Source of the DNA: Candidatus Latescibacterota bacterium
GTDB lineage: Bacteria; Latescibacterota; UBA2968; UBA8231
Assembly (NCBI GenBank): GCA_965215195.1
Contig: CBDCDC010000002.1
Span: 3,456,001-3,520,000 of the forward strand
Reading direction: 5' to 3'
DNA: 64,000 nucleotides
Shown here piece by piece: positions 36,579 through 44,989 of the stretch (its first letter is position 1; every line of letters starts with the position of its first letter). The notes beneath the pieces are model-generated. The model did not search any database, had not been told where the DNA came from, and saw only the letters and a program-made list of their open reading frames with translations. The position numbers and the translations under genes are program-made.

Positions 36579-37799
36579 TTACGCCGGGGGCGCGATCAGA
36601 TACTCGCCTTCGCGGATCCCATAGCTGTCGCCGAGTTCGGGATACGCGACCCCCGCTCGGCCATTCCAGTCCCAGACCACTTCGCCATCCTTGACCGTCA
36701 GCTCGCAAAACAGGCGCTTGTGGCCGTCCAACCGGCCGCCGAAAGAATCCGCGTATCCAAAATCCCCCTCCATCAGCTTCAAGACTGCTACATCGGCCAC
36801 GGCCCCCACCGACAAGTGCCCCAGCTCGGGGTGACCAATCTCCCGCGCCGGATTGAGGGTTGAGGCGCGAATGACCTCGCCGAGCGGCATGCCCATCACC
36901 AGAAATTTCGACATGGTCGTCGCCATGTCGAGCATACCCATATTCATGCAGAGGGTGTGCAGGTCGGTCGAGATCGAGTCTGGATAGAAGCTTTGGGCGA
37001 TGGCAGGGACTGCGTTGCGGAAACAAAAACTGCCGGCACCGTGCCCCACGTCCAAGACGACGCCCCGTGCCCGCGCCCCGTGCAGGTAGGGCAGCACTTT
37101 GCCCTCTGCGTCAAACCACGGCGTTGGTCCGCGGAAGATGTGGGTGCTTATGTCGCCCGGGCGCAGTTTTTCGCCCAAGAGCTGGTAGTAGGGCCGCTCC
37201 TTTCTGAAGTATCCAAAGTCGATCATCACCCGCGTCGCGGCCTTTTCGGCGGCCGCGAGTGTGCGCTCGACAGAAATCCATTCCGGGCCTATGTAGTGCG
37301 CCGTCTTGATGCCTACTACTACGTCTTCGTTTTCTCGCGCCACGCCCGCCGTCTTGTCGGGATCCATGTCGTGCGGATTCTGCTCGTGGTCGATAGAGGT
37401 CATCCCGGTGCCGGCGATGTTGACCAGCGCGAAGAGCCGCGTCTGGCAGCGGTCGATTACCCGATAGCGAAAGTCCGCAAAGTTGCGCCAGCCCGCGCTC
37501 CCGGTATCCACCAGCGTCGTCACCCCGGTGCGGAAACTAAAGCCATCGGGCAAGATGCTGTTGTCGCCGGCCCACGTGTCGCGGTGGCCGGCCGTGGCAT
37601 AGGCGTGGATGTGGATATCGACCAGCCCCGGCGTCACGTAGAGTCCGCTCACGTCGAGGACCTGCCCGGCACCCTCAATCGGCAAATCCACATCTACGGC
37701 CGCAATCGCCTTCCCCTTGACGCCGATGTCCTTGGGCGCGTCAATGCCGTTCTGGGGGTCAATCAAATGACCGCCCTTGAGTACGAGATCAAACTGCAT
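36579..37799 (-). CDS. Amidohydrolase/deacetylase (dihydroorotase-like)
   Basis: PGLVDIHIH, GVTT.VD.GSAG, DVGHGAGSF and ISTDLH motifs. Confidence 0.88.
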   Translation of the reverse strand: MQFDLVLKGGHLIDPQNGIDAPKDIGVKGKAIAAVDVDLPIEGAGQVLDVSGLYVTPGLVDIHIHAYATAGHRDTWAGDNSILPDGFSFRTGVTTLVDTGSAGWRNFADFRYRVIDRCQTRLFALVNIAGTGMTSIDHEQNPHDMDPDKTAGVARENEDVVVGIKTAHYIGPEWISVERTLAAAEKAATRVMIDFGYFRKERPYYQLLGEKLRPGDISTHIFRGPTPWFDAEGKVLPYLHGARARGVVLDVGHGAGSFCFRNAVPAIAQSFYPDSISTDLHTLCMNMGMLDMATTMSKFLVMGMPLGEVIRASTLNPAREIGHPELGHLSVGAVADVAVLKLMEGDFGYADSFGGRLDGHKRLFCELTVKDGEVVWDWNGRAGVAYPELGDSYGIREGEYLIAPPA

Positions 37800-37901
37800 G
37801 GTGAAATTTCTCCGAGAATTTGATAAGAATTAAAAGATAAAAAACGGCGCCCCAGTCTGCTACGCGCCCAGCAGTCCGGCCTCGGCATTGGGGCCGCAAC
37901 T

Positions 37902-38942
37902 TCAGGCCGGCGACTCCACGTGCGAGGGCAGATTGCGCGTAAACCGCGCAAACAGCACTTTGAGCGCGACGTCGCTGTGCGCTACAAGGCTGGTCGCGAT
38001 CGCGGTGGCCCAGACGCTGCGCCGCGAAATTTTGACCTGCTGTCCGCTGGTAAAATCCGCGTGGGCGTGGATGCGGCGCAGCGTCAGTACGGCCATGCCC
38101 AAGGCCCAAAGGCAGAACCGGCGAATGCCTGTTTCGCGCCCGGGGATGAGCAACGTGAACGCCAGCGCATTGCCGAGGTGCATCCGGGCCAAGCCGATCA
38201 GCTTGCTCAGCGCCGTGCGGAACGCGGGATGCGTCTGGCCGGCCTCGAGCGAGCGCAGATCAAACCCGGATTGCTGGAACACGTCTCGCGGCAGCCAACA
38301 CGCGCCGTGCGCCCGGTCGTCCCAAATGTCCTTGAGGATGTTGGTCATCTGCAAGCCTTGGCCAAACGACACGGCGAGCCGCAACAACTTCTTGCGATGG
38401 CGGTTGATTTCCGCCGAATAGTCGCAGAACAGCTCGGTGAGCATCTCCCCGACGACGCCGGCGACGTGGTAGCAATAGCGGTCGAGATGGGGGAGGTCGT
38501 CTAGGCCTTTGAGGCCCGGGCTTTGCTGAAACTCGGCCATGCCGCGCGACATGATCCGCACACAGCGCACAAGTGCGGCGCGCTGCCGGTCGGAAAACCC
38601 TTGGGTGAGCCGCAGCACCCGCGGGGTATTGGCCACGAGCTGGCGTTCGCCGAGCAGCATGCTGTCGGACAGGCGCGGCGCAAGCTGCTCGGCGAATGGG
38701 GCGGGCGGCTCCTCGCCCGCGACGACCCGGATGAATCGCTCGGAAAACTCGCGTTTCCCGCTAGCCGAGAGAGTCGGCTCATCCTCGATGGTGTCGGCAA
38801 TGCGGCACAGCAAATACGCGTTGCCTACTACATCGCGCAGGCCCGGCGGGAGCTGCGGAATGGTGAGTGCGAATGTGCGCGAGACCTCTTGCAGGGTCGC
38901 GTGCTGCCACGCGAGATCAGCGGCATGTTCGTCTGTCGTCAT
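37902..38942 (-). CDS. Squalene/phytoene synthase family protein
   Basis: VSRTF, CRIADTIED, YCYHVAGVVG and GLQMTNILKD motifs. Confidence 0.9.
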   Translation of the reverse strand: MTTDEHAADLAWQHATLQEVSRTFALTIPQLPPGLRDVVGNAYLLCRIADTIEDEPTLSASGKREFSERFIRVVAGEEPPAPFAEQLAPRLSDSMLLGERQLVANTPRVLRLTQGFSDRQRAALVRCVRIMSRGMAEFQQSPGLKGLDDLPHLDRYCYHVAGVVGEMLTELFCDYSAEINRHRKKLLRLAVSFGQGLQMTNILKDIWDDRAHGACWLPRDVFQQSGFDLRSLEAGQTHPAFRTALSKLIGLARMHLGNALAFTLLIPGRETGIRRFCLWALGMAVLTLRRIHAHADFTSGQQVKISRRSVWATAIATSLVAHSDVALKVLFARFTRNLPSHVESPA

Positions 38943-39145
38943 GGGTAGTCAGCCCTAAAGGGGCGGTGAGGCTCGAAGCATTTTATAATAATTGCCCTGT
39001 CGTTCTGGGTAGGGAATAACGATTGTTACAAGGCACCCGGGCGCAACGTCAGATTATAACATAAAACTTATAGATAGCTACTTATAACGAAATCGGCCCT
39101 CCGCGTCCATTGCCGCGAACGCATCTTCTATTGCGATAAAGTGCT

Positions 39146-39757
39146 ATGGAAATAGACCTTAATCACCGATTAAAAGGCGTCAACTACATCGAATCGCCCA
39201 ACCAAGGCGGCCCATTTGCCCCTGACGCGCTCGACACAATCATCATTCACTTTACGGCCACAGCCAGCGCCGAGGCGGCCATTCACACCCTCTGCGACGA
39301 CAAGCGCGAAAACAAGGTCTCGGCCCATCTAGTGGTGGCTCGCGACGGCGCAGTGACGCAGTTGTTGCCCTTTGACATCATCGGCTGGCACGCTGGCGTG
39401 AGCCAGTGGGGGACGCGCTCGGGGTTCAACAAGTATGCAATCGGCATCGAGATCGATAATGCCGGCCAGCTTTGCGAGCGGGATGGCTGCTACGAGTCGT
39501 GGTTTGGGCAAATTTACCCGCCCGAGCAAGTGGTGCGCGGCGTACATCGCAACCAGTCGGTGTCCTCCTACTGGCACCGCTACACAAGCGAACAGCTAGC
39601 GGTCGTCGAGGCAATTTGCGCCGCCCTGATCCAACGCTACGGCATCCAGCACATTCTCGGCCACGAGGAAATCGCCCCCTCGCGCAAGGTCGATCCCGGC
39701 CCGGCCTTTCCCCTCGATTCCATGCGCACCCGGCTCTGCGGCCGACCCCTCGCCTAG
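39146..39757 (+). CDS. N-acetylmuramoyl-L-alanine amidase (Amidase_2/AmpD-like)
   Basis: IIIHFT, VSAH, WHAG, IGIE and GHEEIAPSRKVDPG motifs. Confidence 0.92.
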   Translation: MEIDLNHRLKGVNYIESPNQGGPFAPDALDTIIIHFTATASAEAAIHTLCDDKRENKVSAHLVVARDGAVTQLLPFDIIGWHAGVSQWGTRSGFNKYAIGIEIDNAGQLCERDGCYESWFGQIYPPEQVVRGVHRNQSVSSYWHRYTSEQLAVVEAICAALIQRYGIQHILGHEEIAPSRKVDPGPAFPLDSMRTRLCGRPLA

Positions 39758-39904
39758 GATCGGGCATCTTCGGCAATGGAGACGCGTCGGGAGCTGATTT
39801 TCCCTGTTAATCCTTTCGGTTATATTCGCCCTTGTCACGCCTGCTGTCTCGCCTGAAGGCGCGGTGAAGTCGGCAGGACAGGCGCGGTGAATCCCCTCTA
39901 ACCC

Positions 39905-40897
39905 GTGGAAAGCGCGAAACCTTTGGTAGTGCCCGCCATTGATGTCCGCGAATTGAGCAAGACCTATGCGGTCCCCGTGCGCGAGGGCGGCTTGGCCGCG
40001 GCATTCAAGAGCCTCGTGCAGCGCCAGACGCGCCAAGTCGAGGCCGTCAAGAAGATCAGCTTTGAGGTCGCTCCCGGCGAAATCGTCGGCTTTTTAGGGC
40101 CTAATGGCGCGGGCAAGACCACCAGTCTCAAGATGCTTTCGGGCCTCCTGCACCCCTCCGGCGGACGGGGACGAGTCCTCGGTTTTGATCCGTTCAAACG
40201 GCAGCGCGACTTCCTCCGCCAGATCACCTTGGTGATGGGCAATCGCAACCAGCTACTCTGGGACATCCCCGTAATTGACTCCTTTGAGCGCAACCGGGCC
40301 ATCTACCGGCTAGAGCGGGGTGCGTACCGGCAAACGGTCGAAGAATTGACCGCACTTCTCGACTTAGACGCGTTCCTCGACAAGCCCGTGCGCAACCTCT
40401 CCTTGGGCGAGCGCATGAAGTGCGAAATTGCCGCCGCGCTTCTGCACAAGCCGCAAGTCCTCTTCCTCGATGAGCCGACCATCGGCCTCGACGTGACCAT
40501 GCAGCGCCGGATCCGCGCTTTTTTAACCGAATACAATCAGCGCTACGGTGCCACCGTGCTCCTCACTAGTCACTACATGGCCGACGTCGAGGCACTGTGC
40601 AAGCGGGTGGTGGTCATCCACCGCGGCCTACTGCTCTTTGACGGCCAGCTCACCGAGCTTGTGCAGCGCTTCTCACCGCACAAGACGATCATCGTCGAAC
40701 TGGAAAACGGGCACGGAGACCTCGGCGACTATGGAGAGATCGTCGCCAGTAGCGAGGGGCGCGTATCGCTGCGGGTGTCCAAGGCGGAGACGGCGCAGGT
40801 GACCGGGCGGCTCCTCAGCGAACAACCCGTTCTCGATCTGACGGTGGAGGACCCGCCGATTGAGGACGTGATCGAAGAAGTTTTTGAACGCGCATGA
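39905..40897 (+). CDS. ABC-2 type transporter ATP-binding protein
   Basis: GPNGAGKT, LSLGERM, FLDEPT and TSH motifs. Confidence 0.93.
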   Translation: MESAKPLVVPAIDVRELSKTYAVPVREGGLAAAFKSLVQRQTRQVEAVKKISFEVAPGEIVGFLGPNGAGKTTSLKMLSGLLHPSGGRGRVLGFDPFKRQRDFLRQITLVMGNRNQLLWDIPVIDSFERNRAIYRLERGAYRQTVEELTALLDLDAFLDKPVRNLSLGERMKCEIAAALLHKPQVLFLDEPTIGLDVTMQRRIRAFLTEYNQRYGATVLLTSHYMADVEALCKRVVVIHRGLLLFDGQLTELVQRFSPHKTIIVELENGHGDLGDYGEIVASSEGRVSLRVSKAETAQVTGRLLSEQPVLDLTVEDPPIEDVIEEVFERA

Positions 40898-41697
40898 GGG
40901 GTCTAGCCGACATCTACGCTACGCTCTTCCGCACCGATCTGGCCATACACTTTCAGTACCGGGCGGCGGTGGTGATCTGGCTGATCGGCCGCGTCGTCGA
41001 CGCGCTGGTCTTCCTTTCGGTGTGGACGGCGGTGGCTCGCTCGCAGGGCGGGCAAGTGGGCGACTTCTCTACCGGGGACTTCGCCGCCTACTACATCACC
41101 ATGATGATGATGGGCCACCTGACGTTTACTTGGTTCATGTTCGAATTTGAATATCGGGTGCGCTCGGGGGGCTTTTCGCCGCTCTTGCTCCAGCCCCTGC
41201 ACCCGATCCACCGCGACATCGCCATCAACGTCGCCTACAAGTTCATGACCCTCGCGGTAATGCTGCCGACGATGGGTCTAATGATCTGGCTTTTCGACCC
41301 GGTCTTCGACCCGCTGGCTTGGGCAATTTGGGCCTCGATACCTGTCGTCCTGCTCGCTTTCCTGATGCGCTTTTTCGTCGAGTGGGCACTCGCTTTAGTG
41401 GCCCTGTGGACCACGCGCACGGCCGCGGCCAACCAGCTCTACTTTGCGGCCTTGCTGTTCTTTTCGGGCCAGATGGCACCGCTGTCGCTGTTGCCCGAGT
41501 GGCTTCAGACCTTGGCCGCGCTTTTGCCCTTTCGCTGGATGCTGGCCTTTCCCACCGAACTCCTGCTTGGCCGACTCGCGCCTATCGAGGTGCTCTGGGG
41601 CGCGGCCGCGCAGGTGGTGTGGCTGGGGCTGAGCTGGGGAATTCTGGCCGCGGTCTGGTCGCGCGGCGTACGCAGGTACTCGGCGGTCGGCTCGTGA
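40894..41697 (+). CDS. ABC-2 family permease
   Basis: Multiple hydrophobic segments; overlaps the ATPase stop codon. Confidence 0.85.
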   Translation: MRGLADIYATLFRTDLAIHFQYRAAVVIWLIGRVVDALVFLSVWTAVARSQGGQVGDFSTGDFAAYYITMMMMGHLTFTWFMFEFEYRVRSGGFSPLLLQPLHPIHRDIAINVAYKFMTLAVMLPTMGLMIWLFDPVFDPLAWAIWASIPVVLLAFLMRFFVEWALALVALWTTRTAAANQLYFAALLFFSGQMAPLSLLPEWLQTLAALLPFRWMLAFPTELLLGRLAPIEVLWGAAAQVVWLGLSWGILAAVWSRGVRRYSAVGS

Positions 41698-42479
41698 ACT
41701 ATTTGCGGCTATTGTGGATCTTCCTGCGCATCGGCGCGATGAACGAGCTGGCGTACCGAGCCAATTTCTGGGTGCAGCTCGTGCAGAGCCTGCTCAATCT
41801 GGGGGTCGCGCTGGCGGGGTTGGCGGTGATTTTCTCGCATACCGAGGAGTTGGGCGGCTGGCAGCCGGCCGAGCTGGTGGCTCTCTTGGGGGTCTTCTTC
41901 CTGATGAGCGGCCTGATTGGCGCGCTGATCCAGCCGTCGATGCAGCGCTTTATGGAGGACGTGCGCTTGGGTACGCTGGACTTTACCCTCACCAAGCCAG
42001 AGGATGCACAAGTGCTGGTGAGCGTTGGCGAGGTGCGGATTTGGAAGTTCTTGGACGTAGTGCAGGGGGCGGTACTGATTGCCGTTGCCCTAGTTGAGAT
42101 CGGGATGCGGACGGGCCTTGCACATGCAGCGGGATTTGTCCTGACGCTTGCGGCTGGCGCGGCAATCGTCTACAGTTTTTGGCTGGTGCTAGCAACAACT
42201 ACATTCTGGTTTATCAAAGCGGAGAATATCCTCGTCATCTTCCAAGCCGTTTACACTGCGGGCAAGTATCCGGTGGCAATCTACCCGCGCTGGCTCAAGC
42301 TGGCGATGACCTTTCTGGTGCCGGTGGCCTTTGCGGTGACCGTGCCGTCGGAGGCGTTGGTGGGGCGGTTGTCGCCGGAGGTATTGGGGGGAGCGTTGGC
42401 AATGGCAGGGGGCATGCTGGTGGGAGCGCGGGCGTTTTGGTTGTGGGGGGTGCGGCACTATTCAGGGGCGTCGGCCTAG
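41694..42479 (+). CDS. ABC-2 family permease
   Basis: GTG start overlapping the previous stop; YRANF, GTLDF.LTKP and YP..IYP motifs. Confidence 0.85.
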   Translation: MNYLRLLWIFLRIGAMNELAYRANFWVQLVQSLLNLGVALAGLAVIFSHTEELGGWQPAELVALLGVFFLMSGLIGALIQPSMQRFMEDVRLGTLDFTLTKPEDAQVLVSVGEVRIWKFLDVVQGAVLIAVALVEIGMRTGLAHAAGFVLTLAAGAAIVYSFWLVLATTTFWFIKAENILVIFQAVYTAGKYPVAIYPRWLKLAMTFLVPVAFAVTVPSEALVGRLSPEVLGGALAMAGGMLVGARAFWLWGVRHYSGASA

Positions 42480-42520
42480 CGATAGTCCATTTTGCCATTT
42501 TATAGAAAGGGGCAACGGAA

Positions 42521-43537
42521 ATGAGTGACAAACAAAGCAGGATGCACGTTGGGGTGCAGGGAATCGGCACCTCAAAGGTGGAACTGGAGTTTCTGGTGCG
42601 GCACGGGGTGACCCACATGGACGCCTCGGTTGAGGACAACGAGGTCGAGACCTTGGTGCGGCACAAGGAGGCCGCGGCCGCGTACGGGGTGAGTATGGAG
42701 TCGATCCACATTGGCGTACCCAAAAGCGTCACACTGGCGCAGGACCCGCAGCGAGACCAAGACCTCGACGAGGTCTGCCGCTGGATCGAAAACGCGGGCA
42801 AGGCCGGGCTGCGGGCATTGCTCTACAACTTCTGCATCCTGCCGCATCAGCGCACCGAGCCTACGCCCGGGCGCGGGGGCGTGATGTACAGTTCGTTCGA
42901 TCTGTCGAAATACGACAACGAAACCTTGAGTGAAGCGGGCGTGGTCAGTCGCGAAGAAGCGTTTGAGCGGGCGGCCTACTGGCTCGAGCGCGTGATTCCG
43001 GTAGCCGAGGAGAACAAGGTGCAAATGGCCTGCCATCTCAACGATCCGCCAGCTCCCGTCCTGCGCGGCGTCGAGCGCTGGAACTGGCCGGTGATGGAAG
43101 GGCTCAAGCGCTTTTCCGAGCTGGTCGATAGCCCGTATCACGGCTTTAACTTTTGCTGCGGCGTAGCGTCTGAAGGCTTGGAGAATCCGGCCGAGGAGCT
43201 CTGCGATATCGTGCGCTACTTTGGCGAGAGGGGGAAGCTCTTCAACATCCACTACCGCAACATCAAGGGCGGGCTGCACAATTTCCAAGAGGTCTGGCCC
43301 GACGAAGGCGATGTCGATATGCACGAAGTGGCGCGCACCTTGAGGGACGTAGGCTATCAGTACATGCTGATGCCCGACCACGCGCCATCCCACCCCGACG
43401 ACAAGGCACCCGCGGGCGCGTCGGGCCGGGTGCGCCAAGCCTGGGCCTTTCAATTTGGGTACATCATCGCCATGATCCAAGCGGTGAACAAAGAGCGGTC
43501 CGGCCGCAGCATTGGGGCCGCAGCGCAAACTGCTTAG
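42521..43537 (+). CDS. Mannonate dehydratase (UxuA)-like protein
   Basis: YNF, IPVAEE, HLNDPP, IHYRNI, DEGDVDM and MPDH motifs. Confidence 0.82.
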   Translation: MSDKQSRMHVGVQGIGTSKVELEFLVRHGVTHMDASVEDNEVETLVRHKEAAAAYGVSMESIHIGVPKSVTLAQDPQRDQDLDEVCRWIENAGKAGLRALLYNFCILPHQRTEPTPGRGGVMYSSFDLSKYDNETLSEAGVVSREEAFERAAYWLERVIPVAEENKVQMACHLNDPPAPVLRGVERWNWPVMEGLKRFSELVDSPYHGFNFCCGVASEGLENPAEELCDIVRYFGERGKLFNIHYRNIKGGLHNFQEVWPDEGDVDMHEVARTLRDVGYQYMLMPDHAPSHPDDKAPAGASGRVRQAWAFQFGYIIAMIQAVNKERSGRSIGAAAQTA

Positions 43538-43546
43538 GGCCGCGGC

Positions 43547-44446
43547 ATGTCGATCCATTGGCTGAGGGCGGTGCAGTTGCTGGTTCTGCTCAGCTCGTTG
43601 GGCGGAGCTCAGCCCCCAGAAGAGGGTGCGTTGAAGAAGGATTTGCAGGCATTGGAGCGCATCGTCTATCTGGTGGGTTCGGCCAGTGGAGTGGCACTGC
43701 TGGTCTCGTTGGGGCTGCTCGTTGCGCGTTGGCGGCTGGGGACGGTGCAGGCGCGGCGCTTTGTATTGCGCGGCGACGAGCGCCAACTAATAGCTCAATT
43801 GGTGCAAGGTTCCAATGGCGGCGAACTGGAGTTGAGGGATGCCGACGGTGAAATTACCGCCGTGCTGAGCAATGGGCTTCAGTTGCGCGATCGCGAAGGA
43901 CAGGTGCGGGCCGACTTGCGGCTGGAGAGCCATAAGGCCCCGCTGCTGGAACTCTACGACGAGCGGGGCGAAGTGCGGGCGGGCCTCTCGCTGAGCGAGG
44001 ACGGAGCCGGCAGTTTGGCCTTTTACGACGAGACCGGGCGGCCTCGCGCCGGCTTGGGCAGCGGCCACGCCGGCGCAATGCGGCTGAGTTTCTTCGATAA
44101 CGAAGGACGGATGCGGCTGCAAAGCGGCCTCGAAGACAAAGAAGTGCCGGCGCTCAAGCTCTACGATGCCCAAGGCGAGGTGCGCGCCACACTGAGCGTA
44201 CAGGCCGATGGCATGACCATGCTTGAAATGCGCGACCAAGGCAGCCACACGCGCACCATCGTCGGGGTACTGGAAGAGGGAATCGCTTGGCTGGGGGTTC
44301 TCGACGAGGAACAGCGTTTCCGCGCCGGGTTGGGCCTACCGACCGGCGGGAATCCCCGGCTGGACTTCTACGACGAAGAGGGGGAGACGCGGGCTTCTTT
44401 GCACATCGATAGCCAAGGCCGCTTCAAGACCGATCCAGACTCTTAG
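43547..44446 (+). CDS. Membrane-anchored hypothetical protein with 23-aa beta repeats
   Basis: Hydrophobic N-terminus, a TM segment, and eight consecutive L.(L/F).D..G..R..L repeats. Confidence 0.75.
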   Translation: MSIHWLRAVQLLVLLSSLGGAQPPEEGALKKDLQALERIVYLVGSASGVALLVSLGLLVARWRLGTVQARRFVLRGDERQLIAQLVQGSNGGELELRDADGEITAVLSNGLQLRDREGQVRADLRLESHKAPLLELYDERGEVRAGLSLSEDGAGSLAFYDETGRPRAGLGSGHAGAMRLSFFDNEGRMRLQSGLEDKEVPALKLYDAQGEVRATLSVQADGMTMLEMRDQGSHTRTIVGVLEEGIAWLGVLDEEQRFRAGLGLPTGGNPRLDFYDEEGETRASLHIDSQGRFKTDPDS

Positions 44447-44552
44447 AAGCTGTCCTTAAAATTAATAACGCATTCGCATTCAACGGCGTCCTACCATCGA
44501 GCACGACACGTACCCACAGGAGGGGTCGTGTACTTCGGCTGGCTAAAAACGT

Positions 44553-44987
44553 TCACAACTCGTCGTAACGCGGCACTTGGTCGAGAAAGCCGCGGTCGGT
44601 GGCATAGCAGTAGTGGACCAAGCCATTAGTGACCAAAAGACAGCGGGCTTGAACCACGCGGTTGTAGGTAGCGATCTGGTCGAAGGTCTGCTGAGTGACG
44701 GAAACGTCCGGCTCTTTGCACTCGGCCATTAGCACGGCCCGGCCCGCGCGGTCGTGGACGACGACATCGGCGCGAAACCCCTTGCCGTGGAGTTCAATGC
44801 TTTTCTCAATGGCGATCAACCCGCGCGGATAGCCCAAGTCCGATATTAGATAATGCACCAAGTGCTGCCGCACCCACTCCTCGGGCGTCAATCGCACGTA
44901 CTTGCGGCGCAACGGGTCGAGTATCTCGCGCTTGCCTTCGACTTGGCGGATGTCAAAGGCCGCGGCCGGGAGGTTGAGGCGCTGCAT
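44553..44987 (-). CDS. Stand-alone HsdR N-terminal-like (PD-(D/E)XK) domain protein
   Basis: DPLRRKYV.LTPEEWVRQ, RADVV, ECK, Q..YN and TNG motifs. Confidence 0.85.
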   Translation of the reverse strand: MQRLNLPAAAFDIRQVEGKREILDPLRRKYVRLTPEEWVRQHLVHYLISDLGYPRGLIAIEKSIELHGKGFRADVVVHDRAGRAVLMAECKEPDVSVTQQTFDQIATYNRVVQARCLLVTNGLVHYCYATDRGFLDQVPRYDEL

Positions 44988-44989
44988 GA

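Noticed and set aside
44553-44987. Type I restriction-modification system
   Set aside because: Only a stand-alone HsdR N-terminal-like domain is present, with no helicase, hsdM or hsdS nearby.
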